From: a virus
Lineage: Duplodnaviria > Caudoviricetes
DNA length: 64,000 nt
Virus record (IMG/VR): IMGVR_UViG_3300029267_004155
Reading direction: 5' to 3' (one strand)
In this document: positions 57,154 through 64,000 of the stretch, one piece after another
Layout of the letters: the number at the start of each line of letters is the position of its first letter
Numbering within the stretch: the stretch's first letter is position 1
The notes under the pieces: generated by a model
What the model saw: the letters and a program-made list of their open reading frames with translations, nothing else
Databases searched by the model: none
What the model was told of the DNA's origin: nothing
Position numbers and translations under genes: made by a program

Positions 57154-57768
57154 GTGGGCGACCAGGTATACAAGCTGAAGGATGGCGAGGAGGTTCCTGT
57201 CGAGCCGGCTGACAGCCTTGTCGCCACTGGCTGGCTTCAGGGCACGTGGGTCCGGTACGCGTCCGGCGCCCCGACCTTCTCGCCAGGCGTCATCGGCGTG
57301 GTGGAGAGGTCCGACGGCGAGGGTGTCATGTGCGGGTTCCTGATCCGGGGCCCGCAGCACGTGACGCCGATGCAGCGGCTCAGCGACATGTGGGACGCGG
57401 ACATCCTCCAGCGCCCGGGCGGCGACAGCGTCTCGGACTGGACGGCCCACGATCCGGGAGGGCCGCTCCACTTCGACAACGAGAAGCAGCTCCAGAGGCT
57501 GGGCAGCCGGGTGGTGACGATGTACGTGCCCCCGACCGGCTATTTCAGATGGTACACGTTCGAGACCGAGGACCTGGCGGAGAGGACGACCCCGGGCACC
57601 GGGGCGCCGCTGGTCTATGTGCCGAACGACAAGCTGTACGTGAGCGACCAGGGCCTTCTGACGAACGAGCAGGAGGGCGTGGCGCATGCGTGGACGGGAT
57701 ACGTGGTGGCCAGGGCGACCTCCGACCAGGAGGGCAGCTTCCTGGTTGTCACGGCGGCTGTCGGATGA
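57154..57768 (+). CDS. hypothetical protein, probably virion
   Basis: Lies within the head operon. Confidence 0.7.
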   Translation: MGDQVYKLKDGEEVPVEPADSLVATGWLQGTWVRYASGAPTFSPGVIGVVERSDGEGVMCGFLIRGPQHVTPMQRLSDMWDADILQRPGGDSVSDWTAHDPGGPLHFDNEKQLQRLGSRVVTMYVPPTGYFRWYTFETEDLAERTTPGTGAPLVYVPNDKLYVSDQGLLTNEQEGVAHAWTGYVVARATSDQEGSFLVVTAAVG

Positions 57769-57798
57769 TGGTCGTTGCAACCCAGAAGGGTTGAGATT

Positions 57799-58329
57799 AT
57801 GGATGCGAGTTTGCTTGAGAGCGCGAGGGCGGCCGAGGAGTCGCTGAGGAGGCGGGAGATCGAGGGCGTCGTCGAGGGCGTGCCGGAGGACCACCCGCTG
57901 AAGGATGCGATGCGGAAGAACCGGCTCCGGGCGCAGGACCTTGAGGGACTGCCGGAGGGCCATCCGCTCCTGGCTGCCTTGGCGGCGGCCAAGGAGCGTC
58001 ACGATCTCGGCGAGGCCATGGGGCGGGAGCAGGTTCGGACGTCCGAGGTCCATAAGGCGAGGAAGATAGAGCGTCGCGAGGCCAGGGAGCGTGAGAGGGC
58101 GACCGAGCGAGAGGGCAGAAGGACGGCGGCCGACGCGGCCGAGGTGGTGAATCGGAGCCTGGACAGGGTGACGGAGGCAGTCAAGGTCCTGGTGGGGGCC
58201 TTGGAGGAAGGAGCGGGACCGTTGTCGGCCATGCCGGAGTCTAGGGTCAAGATCAGGCGACTGGAGAGGTTGGCGAACGCCGCATTGTCGGCGTTCGCCT
58301 CTTCCCGCGTCAGGGTTAGGAGGACTTGA
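57799..58329 (+). CDS. hypothetical protein
   Basis: LPEGHPL-like repeat twice; coiled coil. Confidence 0.7.
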   Translation: MDASLLESARAAEESLRRREIEGVVEGVPEDHPLKDAMRKNRLRAQDLEGLPEGHPLLAALAAAKERHDLGEAMGREQVRTSEVHKARKIERREARERERATEREGRRTAADAAEVVNRSLDRVTEAVKVLVGALEEGAGPLSAMPESRVKIRRLERLANAALSAFASSRVRVRRT

Positions 58330-58331
58330 CC

Positions 58332-60296
58332 ATGGCCCGTGGGCAGATAGTGAGAACTCCGGTGAGGGACGCGGATATCAGAAGCCTGTCCGGGAACGGG
58401 TTCAGGGGCGGCGTGAGGCGCCCGGCCGTGACCACCGGGAAGGCTGATCCGATGAAGGCGAGGATGGCGAAGGTGGCCACGGGCACGGCCATGGGCGGCA
58501 GCATGTTCAGGAACGCCGGGATGCTGGTGGACTTGACGCCGAACAGGCCGTACACGTCCGGGTACGCCCTGGAGGCCTACCGGACGTCCTACGCCAACGG
58601 CCTCTCGGACATGTCGGGGACCTTCGACGTCCCGACCTACTTCGTTCAGATGAACGAGCAGAACGGCGGGATGATCTACTGGCCCGTGACCCTTAGGGAG
58701 AAGTACCAGTGGTATAGATACTGGACTAGGAGCGATGCCTACGTGGGCCGCGCGCTGGAGATGCTCGCGGACCTTCCGATGAGCAAGCTCACGCTGAACA
58801 TCCCCAAGCACGTCCCTGAGGACCGGCGCGAGGAGATGAAGGACTTCTTCACCTACCAGCTGGAGGTGGTCAGGGGCTTCGAGCTCTGCCAGAGCATCCT
58901 GTGGGAGCTCAACATGATCGGGAACTGCCATCTCTTCCACGAATGGAACGATGTCAGGAAGATGTGGAAGAAGGTGGTCATGCTGCCGCCCGAGGAGGTC
59001 TACGTCTTCCAGTACCCGTTTTCCGACACGAAGCGGGTCGAGTACAGGCCGGAGAGGCTCATCTCGCTGATCGAGGGGGAGCGCGGCCATGGCGGCGTCT
59101 CGGCCTCCTCGCTTCCGGGCTCGTCGTCGAAGTGCGACAACGCGGACCTGGACCAGAAGATCGTCGAGAACATCCCCGAGGAGATCGTCGAGATGGTCAA
59201 GAACGAGGGGTGCATCGTCATGGACAGCGATCCCATGACCGGCTCCTTCGTCCACACGATCTCCCGGCGCCGCTCGCCGTACCTCGATCTCGGGTCGTCC
59301 GTCCTGGAGCGCGTGCTGGTGCCGATGCTCCAGAAGGAGCACTTCCGGTACACCCAGCTCAGCCTGGCGAGCCGGAACATGACGCCGAAGAACCTCATCA
59401 CCGCCCCGGGCCTGACGCCGGAGCAGGTCGACGAGCTCAGGACGCAGGTCGACCTGTCCTTCATGGACCCGGAGTACAGCATCATAACCAACTACGACGT
59501 GACGTGGGAGCAGATCGGCGCCCAGGACCGGCTGCTGGACCTGGACAGGGAGTACGAGAGGATCGAGAACCAGGTCTTCGCGGCGCTCGGGGTGACGAGG
59601 GAGCTCCTGACGGGGGAGACCACGTTCTCGGGGAGCAAGATCACGGTCGAGATCCTGAACAGCATGTTCCTGCTGACGCGGGAGATACTGACCGACTACA
59701 TCGAGCGGCAGCTGTTCGTGCCGATCTGCGAGAGGCGGGGATGGTTCACGGAGGACAAGAACGGGGTGAAGAAGTATTGGCACCCGCGCGTGGGCTTCAA
59801 CCGTCTCACGATCCGGGACAACGCCGAGGTCTTCGACAGCCTGTTCCAGCTCTACCAGAAGGGCAGCCTCGACGTCGATGTCATCCTGGAGCTGTTCAAC
59901 ATCGACAGCGAGGAGCAGGCGGTGAAGCTCAAGGGGCAGTTGTTCACGGTCAAGGACGCCAACTTCAACAGGCTCGTCGAGGAGGTGTCCAGCGAGGTCG
60001 GGCGCAATCTCGTGGAGAACAGCAACGTGGCCGAGAAGATCGCCACGTACCTGGGGCTGGAGTTCGACGGGCCGGCGGAGGACGAGGGTGGTTTCGGCGG
60101 CGGTTTCGGGGGAGACGACCAGCAGTCGTTCGGCGAGTCCGGCGGTGCCGGAGGGGCCGAGGCTGACGCGCAGCCGGCGGAGGAGCCGGGCGGGGAGGGC
60201 GGCAGGTCGACCGACGACATGGCCGTGGCCATAGCGGACGCGTTGCCGGAAGGCGTGGACGAGGAAGATGTCAGGAGCGTCGTGGAGGCGCTTTGA
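58332..60296 (+). CDS. probable portal protein
   Basis: Size, position after TerL, YVGRALEMLADLP and VFAALGV helices, acidic tail. Confidence 0.7.
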   Translation: MARGQIVRTPVRDADIRSLSGNGFRGGVRRPAVTTGKADPMKARMAKVATGTAMGGSMFRNAGMLVDLTPNRPYTSGYALEAYRTSYANGLSDMSGTFDVPTYFVQMNEQNGGMIYWPVTLREKYQWYRYWTRSDAYVGRALEMLADLPMSKLTLNIPKHVPEDRREEMKDFFTYQLEVVRGFELCQSILWELNMIGNCHLFHEWNDVRKMWKKVVMLPPEEVYVFQYPFSDTKRVEYRPERLISLIEGERGHGGVSASSLPGSSSKCDNADLDQKIVENIPEEIVEMVKNEGCIVMDSDPMTGSFVHTISRRRSPYLDLGSSVLERVLVPMLQKEHFRYTQLSLASRNMTPKNLITAPGLTPEQVDELRTQVDLSFMDPEYSIITNYDVTWEQIGAQDRLLDLDREYERIENQVFAALGVTRELLTGETTFSGSKITVEILNSMFLLTREILTDYIERQLFVPICERRGWFTEDKNGVKKYWHPRVGFNRLTIRDNAEVFDSLFQLYQKGSLDVDVILELFNIDSEEQAVKLKGQLFTVKDANFNRLVEEVSSEVGRNLVENSNVAEKIATYLGLEFDGPAEDEGGFGGGFGGDDQQSFGESGGAGGAEADAQPAEEPGGEGGRSTDDMAVAIADALPEGVDEEDVRSVVEAL

Positions 60297-60308
60297 CGGG
60301 AGACGGAA

Positions 60309-63300
60309 ATGGATTTCGAGGTGGTCAGGAACAGCGTGGCGAGAGGTTTCGGGGTGGTCCTTCGCGTGGCGAAGGATTTCAAGACCCAGAACGCCTTGGA
60401 CGAGTACCTGAAGAGCCATCCTGGCGCCAAGAGGACCGACCACGGGGTGGTCTCCCCCGCCGAGCGCGACTTCCAGAAGAAGGAGCAGCGCGAGCGCGAG
60501 CAGGACGACCGCGCCTCCGCCGGCGCCGAGACGAGGAAGGATGACGAGAAGAAGCAGGAAGGTGGCGCCCCGGCAGGGGAGCGGGGCGACGCCGAGCCGC
60601 GGCAGCCGCAGCGGGGCGACCCGTCGCAGCCGGAGGACGTCGGGGAAGGGATGATAGTCCTTCTGGACCAGGAGCCGGGCTCGAAGGAGGCTCGCGTGGC
60701 GGAAGCCTTCTTGGCGTCCGCGAGGATGGCGGCGCAGTGGGAGCCCGTGCGTGGCAACCCGAACCGTCAGCGCAGGCGCAAGCCTGGTGGCGGATACGCC
60801 TATCGTGACAAGCCGGCCGACGACCAGGGGAAGGCCAGGGACGAGACGGGTCCGGCCAAGGGCCCGGCCAAGGACGGGGCTCCGGCGCCCGCCAAGGGCG
60901 CGCCGATGGAGGTGAGGCTGAAGCAGGTCCTGGGCGAGGACCCGGGCGACGGGTGGGGGCAGCATCCCATCGCCGAGCATCAGTTGACGCACGGGGTCCA
61001 GGTCAGGTTTCCGGACGGGAGCTCCAAGAAGTACGGGGAGCTGTCCGACGACGAGAAGGCCAGGGTCCAGAAGGCCCTGGCAGACGGCAATGCGGCGACC
61101 AGGGGGATGAACGACTACTCCAAGGTGGACGTCGAGACCCTGAAGGCCAACATGGCCCGGAACCTGGGCTTCTACGACTCGGGCTCGGAGGAGAAGGCCA
61201 ACTCGGACGCGTCGCCTGTGACGAAGGAGAACGCGAAGCAGGTGGCGGACTCCATCAGGGAGAACGCCAAGAGCGTGCTGGAGAAGTATTCGAAGGCCAT
61301 GTCGAGCGTGTCGAGGCCGATGGCCGAGGCCTATGTCGACGACATGGCCTCCGCCGTGGAGGAGGCGGCCAGGGACGGTTCGTTGGGCGACGTGTCCCAG
61401 GCCGACGTCGACGCGTTGGTTCGCGAGGACGTGAGGAGGATGCTGCACCAGGAGGTCGAGACCAGGCGCCGGTCGCTCGGGGACCACGGCATCCGGCACG
61501 CGACGACCAACGCGGCGAACACGGAGGCGATGCTGGGGGAGCTCCAGAAGGCCGGGCTGCCGGTCACGGGCAAGGACAAGCTGATGGCCATGACGATCCA
61601 GGCCAACCACGACGTCGGGTACACGGTCGGCGACCCGGCCACAGGCTTCAAGGGGAGCCACAAGGACAACTCCGAGGAGCTCTTCAACCAGGAGAGGGGC
61701 AGGTTCGACAAGGTCTTCGGGGCCGATTCCATGGACGACATGGCGAAGATCATCAAGACGCACGACGCGAACGACGTGGACTGGGACAAGGACCCGGTCG
61801 GGTCGGCGGTCAGGCTCTCCGACTCGACGGCTCTCTTCGGGCAGGAGAAGGTCCAGGAGCTGTTCGTCCGGCAGCCGAGGACCATGGAGCTGGCCTGCAA
61901 GCTGAGGCTGGCGGCGGAGGCGGACCCGGGGAACGACCAGCTGATCGAGTCGATCAAGAAGCAGATGCACCAGGCCGTGGAGGACGGCGACTTCGACGAG
62001 GTCGACAAGAAGCTCCTGAACGACCAGGTGAGCGAGATGGGGGAGAAGGGGTTCAGCGCCTCGAAGGACATCCTGTCGAGGTTCAGCGGCCGCATCGACG
62101 ACTTCAGCTTCGACAAGGATCGGAAGGTCATGACGGTGGGGATGAGATACTCGCCGGAGGGCCAGACCGTCGACATGCTGTTCGGGGACAAGCTGGCGGC
62201 AAAGAAGTTCAACAGCTTCATCGAGGACATGGGCGGCAAGCCGGTGGAGGGGCAGGCCCGTGGCGAGATGGAGTTCGAGAGCAACGGCAAGCCGGCCTTC
62301 AGGCTGGAGATGCGCGGCTTCGACGACGATCCGGCGGAGACCGCCCATACCGAGGCCATGAAGGGGTTCGTGGAAAAGACGGCCAGGGCCGGGTTCAACT
62401 CGGCGAAGAGGAGCATCATCCCGCCTCCGGGCATGGTCGAGGACGACGTGGACAAGGCCTTCGAGTACGTGAAGAAGGAGAGGGGCAAGTTCAACGACGC
62501 GGAATGGGCCTCCATGGAGAAGCTGTTCAAGGATGGGCGAGGAAACCCCGCGTCCATCGTCGAGGCGCTTGGTAAGTGGCCCCTGCTGGAGTCGGAGAAG
62601 GCGTATCTCGGGACGTCCGGGGCCGCGCCGTCCGGAGGTGCTGGCGACGTGTCTGGAAAGGCCGACGACCTGATGGGCAGGATCAAGGAGTTCGAGGGAG
62701 AGGACAAGGACCGGGTCGTCAAGCTGGTCGAGCGGCTCGAAGCTGTGAAGGACAAAATGATGGGCAAGGCGGCGTCGATTCCGAGACATGCGGCCCGGAT
62801 GCTCCTGGCGTCCGTGGCGACCAAGGGCGTCTTCAGGCGGCTGGCGCAGCTCTCCGACGAGGAGAAGGCGGAGGTCGTCAAGAAGGTGATGGAGAAGATT
62901 CAGGGTGGCGGGCAGGAGGCAGAGGGAGATGCGCCGGCGGATGCCGGAGACGCCAAGGGGCTCGACGCCATGGAGAAGGAGGTCGAGGCCCTGGAGCAGG
63001 AGGCCGCTGCGGACGTGGCGCCTCCGGAGGGCGGCGACGAGGCACCGGAGGCAGACGCGCCAGGGCCAGAGGAAGATGTCCCGGAGGCAGATGCTCCGGC
63101 CATGTCCGACGACGACGGGGAGGGTGGCCTCCTGAAGGTCGTCGAGGACCTGGCTGCCGAGGTTGAGCAGATCAGGTCCGACGGCAGGGTCGATCCCTCC
63201 GAGGTGCTCGGCCTGTTCGACAACATGATGCAGATGGTGACGTTCCTGGTTGACACGAAGGCGCCGGCCAAGAGGCGGCGCAGGCGCAAGTCGTCGCTCG

Positions 63301-63548
63301 GCGTCGTCGACTTCGAGATGATGGTGGGTCGGGTGGCCGCGTCGTTCGCGGCGACCAGGGGCTTGCAGGTCCGCCGGAAGGACAAGGACACGATGGCGGA
63401 CACGGGCGGCGTCTCCAAGGGCCGCGAGCGGGAGCCGGAGTTGAAGCCCCCGCGCGAGGACGGCAAGAAGACGCACCGGACCAAGGACAAGCCTGCCGGC
63501 GAGCGGGACCGGGATACTGACAGCGATCCCGATATTCGGAAGGATTGA
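60309..63548 (+). CDS. large low-complexity head-operon protein with HD domain
   Basis: DHGIRH...NHDVGY...SH...KTHD...RLSD. Confidence 0.65.
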   Translation: MDFEVVRNSVARGFGVVLRVAKDFKTQNALDEYLKSHPGAKRTDHGVVSPAERDFQKKEQREREQDDRASAGAETRKDDEKKQEGGAPAGERGDAEPRQPQRGDPSQPEDVGEGMIVLLDQEPGSKEARVAEAFLASARMAAQWEPVRGNPNRQRRRKPGGGYAYRDKPADDQGKARDETGPAKGPAKDGAPAPAKGAPMEVRLKQVLGEDPGDGWGQHPIAEHQLTHGVQVRFPDGSSKKYGELSDDEKARVQKALADGNAATRGMNDYSKVDVETLKANMARNLGFYDSGSEEKANSDASPVTKENAKQVADSIRENAKSVLEKYSKAMSSVSRPMAEAYVDDMASAVEEAARDGSLGDVSQADVDALVREDVRRMLHQEVETRRRSLGDHGIRHATTNAANTEAMLGELQKAGLPVTGKDKLMAMTIQANHDVGYTVGDPATGFKGSHKDNSEELFNQERGRFDKVFGADSMDDMAKIIKTHDANDVDWDKDPVGSAVRLSDSTALFGQEKVQELFVRQPRTMELACKLRLAAEADPGNDQLIESIKKQMHQAVEDGDFDEVDKKLLNDQVSEMGEKGFSASKDILSRFSGRIDDFSFDKDRKVMTVGMRYSPEGQTVDMLFGDKLAAKKFNSFIEDMGGKPVEGQARGEMEFESNGKPAFRLEMRGFDDDPAETAHTEAMKGFVEKTARAGFNSAKRSIIPPPGMVEDDVDKAFEYVKKERGKFNDAEWASMEKLFKDGRGNPASIVEALGKWPLLESEKAYLGTSGAAPSGGAGDVSGKADDLMGRIKEFEGEDKDRVVKLVERLEAVKDKMMGKAASIPRHAARMLLASVATKGVFRRLAQLSDEEKAEVVKKVMEKIQGGGQEAEGDAPADAGDAKGLDAMEKEVEALEQEAAADVAPPEGGDEAPEADAPGPEEDVPEADAPAMSDDDGEGGLLKVVEDLAAEVEQIRSDGRVDPSEVLGLFDNMMQMVTFLVDTKAPAKRRRRRKSSLGVVDFEMMVGRVAASFAATRGLQVRRKDKDTMADTGGVSKGREREPELKPPREDGKKTHRTKDKPAGERDRDTDSDPDIRKD

Positions 63549-63550
63549 AG

Positions 63551-63823
63551 ATGGACAGGGAGAGGATCGCAGCCATGGCTATGAATGTCGCGAGAAGCGT
63601 GTCCGCGGTGGATGGCGAAGACGAGAAGGCGCTCGCGAACGTGGACGGGGCTGTCGACGCCATGATCGCGGGGATACAGACCATCGAGGAGAACCTTCCC
63701 GGCGTCCGGGCGGACACCGTCCCGGAGAAGGCGGCCAAGGAGGCCATCCAGGAGCTTTTGGACGAGGCCATAAAGCCGTACCTCGCCGACCTGGTGAAGG
63801 CGCTGGAGTCGTTCGGCGGTTGA
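63551..63823 (+). CDS. hypothetical protein
   Basis: AAGGA RBS. Confidence 0.7.
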   Translation: MDRERIAAMAMNVARSVSAVDGEDEKALANVDGAVDAMIAGIQTIEENLPGVRADTVPEKAAKEAIQELLDEAIKPYLADLVKALESFGG

Positions 63824-63826
63824 CGA

Positions 63827-63849
63827 TTCCTTTTATATTTCGTCCCTTG
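63827..63849 (+). promoter_or_regulatory. putative late promoter
   Basis: TTCCTTTTATATT-N5-CCTTG. Confidence 0.65.
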
Positions 63850-63869
63850 GTAAAGAAAAGGAGGACGTT

Positions 63870-64000
63870 ATGGCTATCAACGAACGCGTCCAGTGGGACA
63901 TCAACGACATACCCTATGGCCAGCTCGCGCCCTCTCAGGCTGGCAGGACGGACTTCACGCCGGGCACGGCATCGGCTCGGCCTCTCGACATGAACTGGCC
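63870..64000 (+). CDS. 5' part of a CDS (runs off the window)
   Basis: AAGGAGG RBS, open frame MAINERVQWD... Confidence 0.7.
   Translation, partial: MAINERVQWDINDIPYGQLAPSQAGRTDFTPGTASARPLDMNW

Noticed and set aside
57999-63476. Very long minus-strand ORFs (also 53339-56575, 8010-10649, 40653-42944)
   Set aside because: Antisense shadows of GC3-biased + strand genes; no motifs or RBS.
1-64000. Stop-codon recoding
   Set aside because: Conserved genes are intact in the standard bacterial code and no suppressor anticodon was found.

Overview
64 kb of a high-GC tailed-phage genome, probably a large/jumbo phage; almost every gene is on the + strand. Layout: (1) 1-5.1 kb is a tRNA cluster of about 15 canonical and 5 atypical tRNA-like genes, interleaved with structured spacers, a nucleoside hydrolase and a 480-aa unknown. 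(2) 5-36 kb is an early/middle region: CobT-like VWA plus CobS-like AAA ATPase, WGR and HARE-HTH proteins, NAD-dependent ligase, an intein-split MoxR-type ATPase, Vsr, an i-type-like lysozyme, a C-type lectin and many small ORFs. A fixed-spacing motif GTGGAAAA-N12-GG(C/A)AAT occurs 9 times between 2.6 and 33.5 kb. (3) 36-47 kb is a glycosyltransferase/sulfotransferase/collagen-fibre module. (4) 47-64 kb holds a DUF2201-like VWA peptidase, NusG-like and sigma-like genes, then the head/packaging operon (terminase, a TopIB-SprT fusion, probable portal, an HD-domain protein). The best candidate for a new system is a leader-peptide transcription attenuator at 2170-2363, directly in front of a tRNA operon. 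Its leader codons (Thr/Gly/Lys/Asn/Trp) match the amino acids of the tRNAs downstream, and tRNA mimics with remodelled anticodon loops lie nearby. All calls are by eye from sequence motifs; no searches or folding programs were run.
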